Shown: positions 39,401 through 49,648 of the stretch, piece after piece | Position numbering within the stretch: the stretch's first letter is position 1 | Layout: each line of letters opens with the position of its first letter | The notes under the pieces: generated by a model | The model's database searches: none | What the model was told of the DNA's origin: nothing | What the model saw: only the letters and a program-made list of their open reading frames with translations | Program-made: the position numbers and the translations under genes | DNA from: Chloroflexota bacterium | Lineage (GTDB): Bacteria > Chloroflexota > Limnocylindria > Limnocylindrales > CSP1-4 | Direction of reading: 5' to 3' | NCBI GenBank assembly: GCA_021786385.1 | Contig: JAJYNJ010000077.1 | Location: 12,329 to 76,328 of the forward strand | DNA: 64,000 bases

Positions 39401-39983
39401 CGGCCCGGAGCGGGGACTCCGCTGCGGCCGTTGTCGGGCGGCCCCCACCGTCCCAGGCTGCCTGAACAGCGGGATCGCACGTGATGTGCACGGACGAGGC
39501 TCTCATCACAACGGATCATCCCCGCGGGGCTGATCGGGAGGTCTGGGGGTTGCCTCCGCGCAGCAGTACCGCGATCGCCTGCACACGTACGAGGGTGCAG
39601 CCTCGCCGCATTGGTGGCGCGCGCTCCTGCGTTGCGCTAGGCCCGCGTCTTGGCCCGCGTCTGGTCGGCCGGTTGTTGACATCATGTGCGAATCGCGCCG
39701 GGCACCGACCGGCCCCGCCAGGCCGGGAGTCGCCACGCCGGCCGCGATGTGCCCACCGGCTCCGCCACGCCGGGTACCGACCGGTGCCGTCCCGCCAGGC
39801 CGGCCGCCGACCTTGCGAGGGTGATCGGATGCCACGCGGGGAACCACCGCGGCACGACGACCGACAGCCCGCGCCTGCTCCAGCTGCGGCTACGATGAGA
39901 TTGTTACGGCCGAACGGGCGAACGGCGCAACGGACCAACGGCCGAACGGGCGAACGGCGCAACGGGCCAACTGGAGGGTGTGC

Positions 39984-41501
39984 GTGGGCGACAAGGACCG
40001 GGTGGACGTCCGCGGGGGTGACGACCTCCCCATAGACGCGCCCGGCGCCATCGACCCAGCGATGCGCGGGGACGCGCCCGCGCCCGTCGACCCAGCAGGA
40101 CGCCCGGAGCACCCAGCAGGACGCCCGGAGCACCCAGCAGGACGCCCGGAGCACCCAGCAGGACGCCCGGAGCACCCACCCGGTCCCCTGGCCGGCATCC
40201 GCGTCTGCGATCTCTCGACCGTCCTCGCCGGCCCGTACTGCACGATGCTCCTGGCCGACCTCGGCGCCGACGTGGTCAAGGTCGAACCGCCCGAGGGCGA
40301 TGTCACGCGGGGCTGGGGGCCGCCATGGGCCGGCACGCCTGAGCTCGGCGTCACCTACCCGCCCGGCGATCCCCGGGCGGATCCCGCCTACCGCGGCGAA
40401 ACGGCCTACTACCTGGCGATCAACCGCAACAAGCGCGGCATCCGCCTCGACCTCAAGACCGAGCCAGGGCGCGAAGTCCTCCGCCGGCTCCTCGCCCGCA
40501 GCGACGTGCTCGTCGAGAACTACCGGATCGGTGGACTCGCACGGCTTGGCTTCTCCGACGACGAGCTCGAGCGGCTGAACCCGCGCCTGGTGCACCTGGC
40601 CATCAGCGGGTTCGGACGCGATGGACCCTACGCGGAGCGTCCCGGGTACGACTTCATCGTGCAGGCGATGTCCGGGCTCATGTCGATCACCGGAGCCCGC
40701 GACCGAGACGGCGGCGAGCCGACGAAGGTGGGTGTGGCGGTCGTCGACCTGGCGACCGGCATGCTCGGGGCGGTCGCCGTGCTGGCGGCATTGCTCGGCC
40801 GCGAGCGACTCGGGCGCGAGCGACTCGGCCGCGAGCACCAGGCGGCGCCGGTCCACGGCGTGCAGGCGGCGGCGTCGGCGGCGGCACGAGGTCAGCGCAT
40901 CGACATCAGCCTCTTCGAGTCGACGATCGCCTGGCTCGCGAACCAGGCGGCCAACTACCTGGTCGGCGGCGTGGTGCCGGGCCGGCTCGGCAACGAGCAC
41001 CCGAACATCACGCCCTACGAGACCTTCCGCACCGCGGATGGCTCGATCGCGGTCGCCGTCGGCAGCGATCGTCAGTGGCCACGCTTCTGCGAAGCCATCG
41101 GCATGCCCGAGCTGGGCGAGGACGGCCGCTTCGCGACGAACGGTACACGGGTCGAGCACCGCGACGAGCTGCGCGAAATCCTCGCCGAGCGGTTCGCCAT
41201 GCGCCCCTCGGCCGACTGGATCGCGGAGCTGCTCGCCGCGGACGTTCCGTGCGGGCCGATCAACGACCTGGCGGCGCTCTTCGCCGACCCGCAGGTGGCG
41301 GCCAGGCGGATGGTCGAGACGGTGCCCCACCCGACGCTTGGCGAACTGCGCACGACGGGGATCCCCTTCAAGCTCTCGGCCACGCCAGGCAGCGTCCGGA
41401 CTGCGCCGCCGCTGCTGGGGCAGCACACCGACGAGGTGCTCGCCGAGTTGGGGTTCGACCCGTCCGAACGCGATCGCCTGCGTACCGCTGGCGTCACGTG
41501 A
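39984..41501 (+). CDS. family III CoA-transferase (CaiB/BaiF family) with N-terminal (PAGRPEH)x4 repeat extension
   Basis: GIRVCDLSTVLAGPYCTMLLADLGADVVKVEPP core. GTG at 39984 with GGAGG 6 nt upstream; no in-frame start lies between the repeats and the catalytic domain. Contains 21-bp x4 (40090-40173) and 15-bp x3 (40794-40838) in-frame tandem repeats. Confidence 0.7.
   Translation: MGDKDRVDVRGGDDLPIDAPGAIDPAMRGDAPAPVDPAGRPEHPAGRPEHPAGRPEHPAGRPEHPPGPLAGIRVCDLSTVLAGPYCTMLLADLGADVVKVEPPEGDVTRGWGPPWAGTPELGVTYPPGDPRADPAYRGETAYYLAINRNKRGIRLDLKTEPGREVLRRLLARSDVLVENYRIGGLARLGFSDDELERLNPRLVHLAISGFGRDGPYAERPGYDFIVQAMSGLMSITGARDRDGGEPTKVGVAVVDLATGMLGAVAVLAALLGRERLGRERLGREHQAAPVHGVQAAASAAARGQRIDISLFESTIAWLANQAANYLVGGVVPGRLGNEHPNITPYETFRTADGSIAVAVGSDRQWPRFCEAIGMPELGEDGRFATNGTRVEHRDELREILAERFAMRPSADWIAELLAADVPCGPINDLAALFADPQVAARRMVETVPHPTLGELRTTGIPFKLSATPGSVRTAPPLLGQHTDEVLAELGFDPSERDRLRTAGVT
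40090..40173. repeat. in-frame 21-bp tandem repeat x4 (ACCCAGCAGGACGCCCGGAGC) in the CoA-transferase 5' region
   Basis: Direct inspection; encodes PAGRPEH heptads. Confidence 0.85.
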
Positions 41502-41584
41502 ACGCGAGCAGGCCGGCCGCTCGGCAGCCGCGCTGCTAGACTCGGCCACGATCGGCGATCGGCGATCGGTGGAGGAGGTGCGGG

Positions 41585-42403
41585 GTGGCGGACGAGCGCG
41601 AGCGGTGGGCGCTGATCCTCGGTGCCAGCAGTGGCTTCGGCGAGGCGACCGCCCTTGCCTTGGCGGCGGACGGGTACCAGATCGCCGGTGTGCATCTCGA
41701 TCGCCGGTCGGGGATGGCGCACGTGGAGGAGATCCGGGCGCGCATCGCGGCGCTCGGGCGCGAGGCGCACTTCTTCAACGTGAACGCCGCCGACGACGTG
41801 CAGCGGGCGAACGTGCTGGCGGCTCTGCGCGAACGGTTCGAGCGGTCCGAGGCCGCCGGTCGCCACTCGTACATCCGCGTGCTCCTGCACTCCCTCGCCT
41901 TCGGGACGCTGAAGCCGTACCTCGCCGCCGATGCGGCCGACGCGATCAGCCGCAAGAACATGGAGATGACCCTGGATGTCATGGCGCACAGCCTCGTCTA
42001 CTGGACGCAGGACCTGGTGCGCGGCGGGTTCATCGAGCGCGGGTCGCGCATCTACGCCATGACCAGCGAGGGCTCGAGCCGGGTCGTCGGCAGCTACGGC
42101 GCAGTGAGCGCGGCCAAGGCGGCGTTGGAGTCGCACTGCCGCCAGCTCGCCATGGAGCTCGCCCGGCGCGGGATCGGGGCCACCTGCAATGCGATCCGCG
42201 CCGGGGTGACGGTGACCCACGCGTTGATGCAGATCCCCGAGCGCGACGAGCTGATGGAGGTGGCCCGGCGGCGGAACCCGCACGGTCGGCTCACCACCAC
42301 CGAGGACGTGGCGCGCGCGATCGTCACGCTCTCCCGCGACGGCACCGAGTGGATGACGGGCAACGTCCTGGGCATCGACGGCGGGGAGTTCGTGACCGGA
42401 TGA
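41585..42403 (+). CDS. SDR-family NAD(P)-dependent oxidoreductase
   Basis: GASSGFGEA cofactor-binding motif and Y-x3-K (YGAVSAAKAALE). GTG at 41585 with GGAGGAGG upstream. Confidence 0.8.
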   Translation: MADERERWALILGASSGFGEATALALAADGYQIAGVHLDRRSGMAHVEEIRARIAALGREAHFFNVNAADDVQRANVLAALRERFERSEAAGRHSYIRVLLHSLAFGTLKPYLAADAADAISRKNMEMTLDVMAHSLVYWTQDLVRGGFIERGSRIYAMTSEGSSRVVGSYGAVSAAKAALESHCRQLAMELARRGIGATCNAIRAGVTVTHALMQIPERDELMEVARRRNPHGRLTTTEDVARAIVTLSRDGTEWMTGNVLGIDGGEFVTG

Positions 42404-43383
42404 TCGCCGACCCGCGCCCGGGGTCGCTGATCAGGGAGCGCGGCGGAATGCCAGCGCACGTGGTGGTCCTCGGTGCGATCAATGTCGACATGGTCGTCAG
42501 CGGAGCCCGGCTTCCGGCGCCGGGCGAGACCGTCGTCGGCGGCACCTTCGCCATGCACCACGGCGGGAAGGGCGGGAACCAGGCGGTCGCTGCGGCGCGC
42601 GCGCTGCGCGGCGGTCCGGGTGAGGGATCGGTGGCGATGGTCGGAGCGGTCGGCGACGATGGCTTCGGGCGCGAGGCGGTCGCGGCGTTGCAGGCCGAGG
42701 GGATCGACTGCGCGTCGCTCCTCGTGCGACCCGGCATCGCCACCGGCATCGCCCTCATCGCGGTCGATCCGGCCGGGGAGAACCAGATCGCGGTCGCCCC
42801 CGGCGCGAACGAAGCGCTGCGGCCGAGCGACGTAGAGGTCGCGCTGGCGCGCGTGTTGGGCCCCGAGTCCGTCCTCTTGGCGAGCCTCGAGGTGCCGATC
42901 GACGCAGTCCTGGCGGCCGCCTACGTCGCGCGGCGCGTCGGTGCACGCTTGGTGCTGAACCCGGCCCCCGCGCACGACGTGCCGCCGGCGCTGCTGCGGT
43001 TGGCGACGCATCTGACGCCGAACGAGGTCGAGCTGGACGCGCTCGTGCCCGGGGCCGCCGGGGACCCGGCGGTCGCCGCCCATCGGCTCGCGGCGGCCGA
43101 TCGCGAGCTGCGGATCGCGGTGACGCTCGGCGCGCACGGGGTGCTCGCCGTCGGGCCCGATGTCGAGCAGCTGTTCCGGGCGCTCGACGTTGAGGCGGTC
43201 GACACGACCGGGGCGGGAGACGCGTTCAACGGTGCGCTGGCCGCGGCGCTGGCGGAGGGGCGCTCGTTCGTGGAGGCGGTGCGACGGGGCCGGAGCGCCA
43301 GTGGGCTGGCGACGACCCGGCCCGGTGCCCGGGAAGGGATGCCGACGCGCGACGAGATCGACCGGGCGAAGGAGCCCCGATGA
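42400..43383 (+). CDS. rbsK: ribokinase / PfkB-family carbohydrate kinase
   Basis: VVVLGAINVD N-motif and DTTGAGDAFNGA C-motif. ATGA overlap with the SDR gene; the alternative ATG at 42448 is also possible. Confidence 0.8.
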   Translation: MIADPRPGSLIRERGGMPAHVVVLGAINVDMVVSGARLPAPGETVVGGTFAMHHGGKGGNQAVAAARALRGGPGEGSVAMVGAVGDDGFGREAVAALQAEGIDCASLLVRPGIATGIALIAVDPAGENQIAVAPGANEALRPSDVEVALARVLGPESVLLASLEVPIDAVLAAAYVARRVGARLVLNPAPAHDVPPALLRLATHLTPNEVELDALVPGAAGDPAVAAHRLAAADRELRIAVTLGAHGVLAVGPDVEQLFRALDVEAVDTTGAGDAFNGALAAALAEGRSFVEAVRRGRSASGLATTRPGAREGMPTRDEIDRAKEPR

Positions 43384-43461
43384 GGCCGAAGGGGAAGGCA
43401 CGGTGAGCGGCATGCCGGGATCGGCGTCGACGCCGATCCGCAGGCCGAAGGGGAAGGCACA

Positions 43462-44745
43462 GTGAAGATCGACGATGATCCGCTCCGCCCGGCGCCCGAC
43501 GCGTCCGGGGCCGGCCCGACCGCCGGGGGCCCCGGCGTTTCGGCCGCGCGGAGCTCCGCCGGGGCGGCCTCGCCCGATTCCGTCGCCGCTGCCCCGCCCG
43601 TCGTTCCCTCGGCGCGCCTCGGTGGCGTGCCCGAGTTTGCCCTCGAGCGCTTCTTCGACCGCTTCGAGTTCGATCTTCCCCACCAACTCGGATCGTCGGA
43701 TCCCGAGACGCTCTCGGTGACGGAGTTGCTGGCCCTCGCCGATGCCGAGCTGCTCGAGCAGTGGCAGCGGCTGCGGCTCGGCTACCGGACGGCGGCCGGC
43801 GATCCGGCGCTGCGAGCGGCCATCGCCGCCCTCTATCCCGGTCGGACGGCCGATGACGTGCTCGTCGCGGTGGGCGCTGCCGAGGCGCTGCTGCTCGCCT
43901 GCGCCGCCACGATCGTGCCGGGCGACCGCGCGGTGGCGCTCACCCCCGCGTACCAGTCGCTGCACGAGTTGCCCCGCGCCATGGGGGCGACGCTCGACCT
44001 CGTCGCAGTGGAGGAGCGGGACGACGCCTGGCGTTTCCCGTTCGAGCGGCTGATGGGAGCGCTCCGGCCGGGCGTCGCGCTCCTCGTGCTGAATACACCG
44101 CACAACCCGACCGGTGCCGCCGCCAGTCCGGACGAGCTCCGCGCGATCGTGTCGCGCTGTGAGGAGCTCGGGATCCGCGTCATCGGCGACGAGGTCTACC
44201 GTGGCCTGGAGTGGGGCAGGGCGACGGCGCCATCCGTCACCGAGCTCGCGGACCGCGCCGTCGCCGTCGGCGTCACCTCGAAGGTGTACGGGCTGGCTGG
44301 GCTGCGGATCGGCTGGATCGTCACGGGCGATCACGAGCTGCGGGCGCGGGCGCGGGCGATCAAGGACTACACGACGCTCTGCGCCGCGGGCCCGTCCGAG
44401 GTGCTGGCGACCGTCGCGCTGCGGGCGGAACGGCTCCTGCGTGAGCGGACGCGCACGCGATGCGAGGCCAACATGGTGCGCCTCGAGGCGTTCGTCGCGC
44501 AGCACCCGGAGCTCTTCGCGTGGCGACGTCCGGCGGCCACGACGGTCTCCGTCGCACGCCTCGCCGCGCCGCTCCTGGCGCGCCACGGTGGCGATCCCGA
44601 GGCTGTGCTGGCGCACTGGCGGGACCGCGCCGGTGTGGTTGTCGCTCCCGGGCCGGCATTCGGGTGTACGCCCGACCAGTTCAGAGTGGGCTTCGGTCGG
44701 GCAGATCTGCCGGAGGCGCTCGAGGCGCTGGCCGCGGTCGGCTGA
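43462..44745 (+). CDS. class I/II PLP-dependent aminotransferase
   Basis: SKVYGLAGLRIGW (PLP-Lys region), LNTPHNPTG. GTG at 43462 preceded by GAAGGGGAAGG. Confidence 0.8.
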   Translation: MKIDDDPLRPAPDASGAGPTAGGPGVSAARSSAGAASPDSVAAAPPVVPSARLGGVPEFALERFFDRFEFDLPHQLGSSDPETLSVTELLALADAELLEQWQRLRLGYRTAAGDPALRAAIAALYPGRTADDVLVAVGAAEALLLACAATIVPGDRAVALTPAYQSLHELPRAMGATLDLVAVEERDDAWRFPFERLMGALRPGVALLVLNTPHNPTGAAASPDELRAIVSRCEELGIRVIGDEVYRGLEWGRATAPSVTELADRAVAVGVTSKVYGLAGLRIGWIVTGDHELRARARAIKDYTTLCAAGPSEVLATVALRAERLLRERTRTRCEANMVRLEAFVAQHPELFAWRRPAATTVSVARLAAPLLARHGGDPEAVLAHWRDRAGVVVAPGPAFGCTPDQFRVGFGRADLPEALEALAAVG

Positions 44746-44846
44746 TGCCGACGCCCCTCGTTCGGGTAGCTGCGGGGCGCGGGCCACCCTCCGGCGGATA
44801 GTGCCCAGTCCTACCCGCGGTCTCGGACGGGGTACCCTGTCAAGCC

Positions 44847-46154
44847 ATGCGACTCCGTCGGCGCTGGCTCGCGGTGATCGTGCCGATCGCGGTGGTCGGC
44901 GTGATCGAGGTGGCCAGCGACAGCTTCCTCGACGAGATGCTGCCGTTCCCCCGCGACACCATCTTGGTGGTGGCGGTGGTGAGCGTCCTCGCCGTGGTGT
45001 ACGGCCGATATGCCTTCGGCGAGATCGATCGGCTGGCCGGGACGCTGCGCCAGCGCAACGCCGAGCTGGAGGAGCGGCACGCGGCGGCGGCGGCGCTCCA
45101 CCGCGTCAGCATGGCGGTGACCGCTCTCGCCGACATCGATGCCGTGCTGCGGGCCGTGGTGGACAACGCGCGCCGGCTTCTGGGCGCCGACGTGGCGGTC
45201 CTCGTGCTCGCCGACACGGACGGCGAGCTGCGCATGGCGGCGTGGAGCGGACCGGACGATGCGATCGATCCGCTTGGGGCGCAGCCGGGAGAGGACTTTC
45301 GGCGCTTCATCCGGACGGCCTACCTGGCCACCAACGTGGCCGCGCCGCTGCGGCTCGGCGATCGGACCGTCGGCACGCTGGCTGCGGCGGCGCGGACCGT
45401 CCGGGCCTACGGAGTGGATGACGTGGAGACGCTCTCCTCGCTGGCGAGCCAGGCGGCGATCGCTCTCGAGCATGACCGTCTTCAGCGTGAGCTGCGCGAG
45501 CTGGCCGTGCGCGGGGAACGCGAGCGCATCGCCCGCGAGATGCACGACGGCCTGGCGCAGGTCCTTGGGTACGTCAACATGAAGTCGCAGGCGGTCGAGG
45601 AACTCCTCGCAACGGGCCGCGTCGAGGCGGCGCGTGCCCAGCTGGCGGAGCTGGCCACCGCGGCGCGCTCGGTCTACGTCGACGTCCGCGAGGCGATCCT
45701 CGGTCTGACGAGCCCGATCCCCCCGGACCGGGGGCTGGTCGGGGCCCTGGAGGAGTACGCCGAACGCTTCTCCGAGGCGTCGAAACTGGTCACCCGTGTC
45801 GAGGCCATGGACGACGCCCGCCGGCTGGTACTCGCTCCGGACGTCCAGGCGCAGGTCTTCCGCATCGTCCAGGAGGCGCTCACCAACGTGCGCAAGCACG
45901 CGGCGGCTCGACGTGTCCGGATCGCGCTGGACCTGGAGGCGGAGTGGCTGACGGTCCGCGTCGAGGACGATGGGCGTGGGATGGCGACGGTGACGGCCCC
46001 GCCCGGAGACTGGCCACACTACGGTCTGCGGACGATGCGGGAGCGGGCGGCCGCGGTGGGCGCGGCGTTGACGTTCGAACCGGTCGGGGGGCAGGGCACG
46101 CGAGTGATCCTGCGCGTCCCGCGACTCGCTGCGACTGGGAGGGGAGTGACCTGA
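44847..46154 (+). CDS. sensor histidine kinase (TM plus GAF plus HisKA_3 plus HATPase_c), NarL-type partner
   Basis: N-terminal TM helices, GAF-like region, H-box RIAREMHDGLAQVLG, ATPase N and G boxes. Confidence 0.8.
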   Translation: MRLRRRWLAVIVPIAVVGVIEVASDSFLDEMLPFPRDTILVVAVVSVLAVVYGRYAFGEIDRLAGTLRQRNAELEERHAAAAALHRVSMAVTALADIDAVLRAVVDNARRLLGADVAVLVLADTDGELRMAAWSGPDDAIDPLGAQPGEDFRRFIRTAYLATNVAAPLRLGDRTVGTLAAAARTVRAYGVDDVETLSSLASQAAIALEHDRLQRELRELAVRGERERIAREMHDGLAQVLGYVNMKSQAVEELLATGRVEAARAQLAELATAARSVYVDVREAILGLTSPIPPDRGLVGALEEYAERFSEASKLVTRVEAMDDARRLVLAPDVQAQVFRIVQEALTNVRKHAAARRVRIALDLEAEWLTVRVEDDGRGMATVTAPPGDWPHYGLRTMRERAAAVGAALTFEPVGGQGTRVILRVPRLAATGRGVT

Positions 46155-46170
46155 TGAGGGGAGTGGCCTG

Positions 46171-46812
46171 ATGCGGATCCTGCTGGCGGACGACCATGCG
46201 CTCTTCCGCGACGGCGTGGCGTCGCTGATCTCCGCCTGGGGACACGAGGTGGTGGGTCAAGCGGCCAACGGCGAGGAGGCCGTGGCGCTCGCCGATCGGC
46301 TGCGGCCGGACCTCGTTCTGATGGACGTGCGGATGCCCGGCCGGTCCGGGCTGGCCGCTACCCAGCAGATCAAGAGCGCCCACCCCGAGGTCGCGATCGT
46401 GATGCTCACCGTGAGCGAAGACGAGGAGGATCTCTTCACCGCGATCAAGGCGGGCGCGCAGGGTTACCTGCTGAAGAACCTCGAGAGCGCCCAGCTGCGC
46501 TCGATGCTGCAGGCGGTCGGCCGCGGCGAGGCGGCCATCACGCCGGCGACCGCGGCGCGCATCATCGACGAGTTCCTGCGCCCCGACCGGCCGCACCCGC
46601 CCGCCGACCCGGACCGGCTGACCGAGCGCGAGATCGAGGTGCTGCGCCTCGTGACGCAGGGGCTGCGCAACAAGGAGATCGCCGCACGGCTCGGGATCAC
46701 CGAGAACACCGCGAAGTTCCACCTGAAGAACATCTTGGAGAAGCTGCACGCGCAGAGCCGGACCGAGCTGGCCGCGCGTGCCGTTCGCGAGGGACTCATC
46801 CCGGGCGACTGA
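46171..46812 (+). CDS. NarL/LuxR-family response regulator
   Basis: Receiver (DDH ... LVLMDVRMP) plus LuxR HTH (LTEREIEVLRLVTQGLRNKEIAARLGITENTAKFHL). Confidence 0.9.
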   Translation: MRILLADDHALFRDGVASLISAWGHEVVGQAANGEEAVALADRLRPDLVLMDVRMPGRSGLAATQQIKSAHPEVAIVMLTVSEDEEDLFTAIKAGAQGYLLKNLESAQLRSMLQAVGRGEAAITPATAARIIDEFLRPDRPHPPADPDRLTEREIEVLRLVTQGLRNKEIAARLGITENTAKFHLKNILEKLHAQSRTELAARAVREGLIPGD

Positions 46813-47033
46813 GCCCGGTGGGGCCCGCTCGGCAGGCGGCGCCCGACACGGCGCCCGACACGGCCTGGCGGGACCCGTCTCGACGTGGTGCGGCGCAGCG
46901 GTCCGAACGGCCCGGGCCATCCGGCCCCGACCGCCTCCCCTGTCGAGCGCGCGCGTCCCCACTCGCTCGCGTGTGTGCCACGTGGCCGTCGCAGGCCATC
47001 CTCTGGGCGACGATCCGCACTGGAGGTACGCCC

Positions 47034-49028
47034 ATGGGCTACCGCATCACGATCGCGACGGGTGGCTGCATCAACTGCGGCGTCTGTATGGACGTCTGTC
47101 CCGTCCAGGCGCTCGACATGACACGACCGGACCACGGCGGTATCGAGGCCGGCCCGTCCGGTGCCCTCCCGTTGCGCTGGATGATGGAGTACCCCACCCA
47201 GGTCGGCGAGTGCATCGGCTGCGGGATCTGCGTGCGGGAATGCCCCGTTCAGGTCGTGATGCTCGATGCCGTCGCCGGCCTGGCCCCGCTGGCCCCCCGC
47301 CAGGGGCCGCTCACGCGGCCCGTCGCCGCAGGCCAAGCGAACGGCTGGCTCCCGCTCTCCGAGGTGACGCGTGAGTCGCTCAAGCCCGACCACCCCGAGC
47401 CGTTCGAGCCTCTCTTCACGTGGCGCACGAGCGAACGGCCACAGCCGTGGCAGGCGTGGCGGACCATGGTCGACGCGGACCCGGATCCCAAGGCCCCTTG
47501 CCAGGCGGCGTGCCCGGCCGGCACCGACGCGGGCCGGTACGTCGGCCTGATCGCGCAGGGCCGCTTCGACGGGGCGTATGCCGTCGCCGCCGAGGTCAAC
47601 CCGTTCCCATCGGTCTGCGGCTGGATCTGCACCGCGCCGTGCGAATCGGCGTGCCGCCGCGGCACCCTCGACGAGCCCGTCGCGATCCGCACCCTGAAGC
47701 GGTTCGCGGCTGAGCGCGGCAAGCTCCCGGCGGTCGCGCCGCCGCAGCGACGACGGCCGGAGCGGGTGGCGATCGTCGGCGGCGGTCCCGCCGGCATGTC
47801 GGCGGCGTACTACCTGGCGCGCCTCGGGTACGGCGTCACCGTCTTCGAGGCGATGCCCGTGCCCGGCGGCATGATGGCGATTGGGATCCCCTCGTACCGT
47901 CTGCCGCGGGAGGTCCTCCGCGAGGAGATCGACCGGATCGTGGGACTCGGCGTCGAGCTTCGCCTCGACAGCGCGATGGGACGTGATTTCAGCTTGAGCG
48001 ACCTCGAGGCAGAGGGCTACAAGGCCGTGTTCCTCGCAACCGGGGCGTCGAAGAGCCGGCGGCTCGGTGTCCCGGGCGATCAGCTCCCCGGTGTCGTGCC
48101 CGCCACGCTCTTCCTGAAGCAGGTCAACCTCGGTGAGGGCCCCCGCCTCTCCGGACCGGTGGTCGTGGTCGGCGGCGGCAGCACGGCGATGGACGCGGCA
48201 CGCTCCGCGCTGCGCAGCGGCGCCGACTCCGTGACGGTGCTCTACCGTCGCGGCCGCGCCGAGATGCCGGCGCAGCGCGAGGAGGTCGAGGCTGCCGAGC
48301 GCGAGGGCGTTACGATCCGGACCGGCGTGGTGGTCGACGAGGTGCTGGGGAACGGCCGTGCCGGCTCGGTGCGCTGCCGGCTCCAGCAACCCACCGATCG
48401 CGTCGAGGGTGGCCGCACCGTCTGGGAGACCGTGGCCGGCAGCGAGTTCGAGTTCTCGTGCGCCACGATCCTCGTGGCGATCGGCGAGGAGCCCGACCCC
48501 TCGATCCTGCCGCCGGGCGCCGGCATCGAGGTCACGTCGTGGGCCGGCATCATGGCCGATCCGCGCACGCTCGCCACCGGGCGGGCGGGCGTCTTCGCGG
48601 GCGGCGACGTCGTCTCGGGCCCTAAGACGGTGATCGACGCGGTGGCCAACGGCCGCCGGGCGGCCGCTTCGATCCACGAGTACCTCTCGGGCTCACGAAA
48701 CGGCGAGGCCGAGATCTTCGCCGCGGTGCGCTATCGCACGGCGCCCGAACGCCAGCTTCGGCTCGACCTGGCCCCGCGCCCGCGCGCCCAGGTCGAGCAC
48801 CCGGACTACGTGCCAGGTTCGTTTACCGCCAACGAGCCCGGGTTCGACGAGGCGACGGCGCGGGCTGAGGCATCACGGTGCTTCCGCTGCGATGCCGTCT
48901 ATCGCTGCGGCGTGGTGCAGGTCGTGTCGGGCCGCGGTCCGACCGACGTGCGGCCCGCCGTCCCCACGGCCGCCGCCGGCGCTCGTGCGCCGTCTCCCGT
49001 CCCGACTATTGCAGGAGGTGACCGATGA
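47034..49028 (+). CDS. fusion of a 2x[4Fe-4S] ferredoxin domain to a GltD-like NAD(P)H-dependent FAD oxidoreductase (glutamate synthase small-subunit family)
   Basis: ATG at 47034 with GGAGG RBS. CINCGVCMDVCP and CIGCGICVRECP ferredoxin motifs; GltD-type Cys clusters (CQAACPAG, CGWICTAPCESAC); two Rossmann motifs (VAIVGGGPAGMSAAYYL, VVVVGGGSTAMDAA). Confidence 0.8.
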   Translation: MGYRITIATGGCINCGVCMDVCPVQALDMTRPDHGGIEAGPSGALPLRWMMEYPTQVGECIGCGICVRECPVQVVMLDAVAGLAPLAPRQGPLTRPVAAGQANGWLPLSEVTRESLKPDHPEPFEPLFTWRTSERPQPWQAWRTMVDADPDPKAPCQAACPAGTDAGRYVGLIAQGRFDGAYAVAAEVNPFPSVCGWICTAPCESACRRGTLDEPVAIRTLKRFAAERGKLPAVAPPQRRRPERVAIVGGGPAGMSAAYYLARLGYGVTVFEAMPVPGGMMAIGIPSYRLPREVLREEIDRIVGLGVELRLDSAMGRDFSLSDLEAEGYKAVFLATGASKSRRLGVPGDQLPGVVPATLFLKQVNLGEGPRLSGPVVVVGGGSTAMDAARSALRSGADSVTVLYRRGRAEMPAQREEVEAAEREGVTIRTGVVVDEVLGNGRAGSVRCRLQQPTDRVEGGRTVWETVAGSEFEFSCATILVAIGEEPDPSILPPGAGIEVTSWAGIMADPRTLATGRAGVFAGGDVVSGPKTVIDAVANGRRAAASIHEYLSGSRNGEAEIFAAVRYRTAPERQLRLDLAPRPRAQVEHPDYVPGSFTANEPGFDEATARAEASRCFRCDAVYRCGVVQVVSGRGPTDVRPAVPTAAAGARAPSPVPTIAGGDR

Positions 49029-49636
49029 CTCCGGATCAGGTCTCGGCGTTCTTCGACGCCGGGGAGAGTTTCGTGGAGGGGACCATCGCGGCCGCGCTGG
49101 TCGCCTTGTGGCTCCTCGTCGTGGCGCTGCACCTTGCGCGCCCGTACATGGTCACGAACTTGCGCAAGTTCACGCTCCGCCTGGGCGCGGATCTCTGGTG
49201 GATCATCTACGTCGGCGCGCGCGACATCTTCCTCGTCCAGGTCTTCCTGGGCAGCTTCATCTTCTTCTACCCCGACGTCGTCAAGGGCCGGGACCTGCCG
49301 ATCACGGGCGGGCTGGCGGCGGCCTGCGCGTTCGCCGTCCTCGTCATCAAGCTCGTCACGCAGGGGGACGCCGACCGGCGTTGGTTCCAGGTCCAGACGT
49401 TGCTGTTGGGGCTGGGGGCGACCCTCTACATCGTCCCATACCTCTTGGGCGTCCAGGTCACGCAGATCGGGACCCCGAGCGGCAACCAGCTGGCATCGAT
49501 CTTCGTGAGCTCGATGAACACCAACTGGTCGCTGCCGCTCTCCTACATCTCGGCGGCGATCGTCGGCGCGCTTGGCCTCGTCGCCGTCGGCTACAACCTC
49601 CGCCAAACCGTCAGCCGCCCGCGCGGCCACGCTTAG
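49025..49636 (+). CDS. integral membrane protein, paralog A (unknown family), coupled to the oxidoreductase
   Basis: ATGA overlap with the upstream gene. Five or six TM helices; shares LHxARPY, WW and ITG/ITA motifs with the next gene. Confidence 0.6.
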   Translation: MTPDQVSAFFDAGESFVEGTIAAALVALWLLVVALHLARPYMVTNLRKFTLRLGADLWWIIYVGARDIFLVQVFLGSFIFFYPDVVKGRDLPITGGLAAACAFAVLVIKLVTQGDADRRWFQVQTLLLGLGATLYIVPYLLGVQVTQIGTPSGNQLASIFVSSMNTNWSLPLSYISAAIVGALGLVAVGYNLRQTVSRPRGHA

Positions 49637-49648
49637 GAGTCCAACGAG

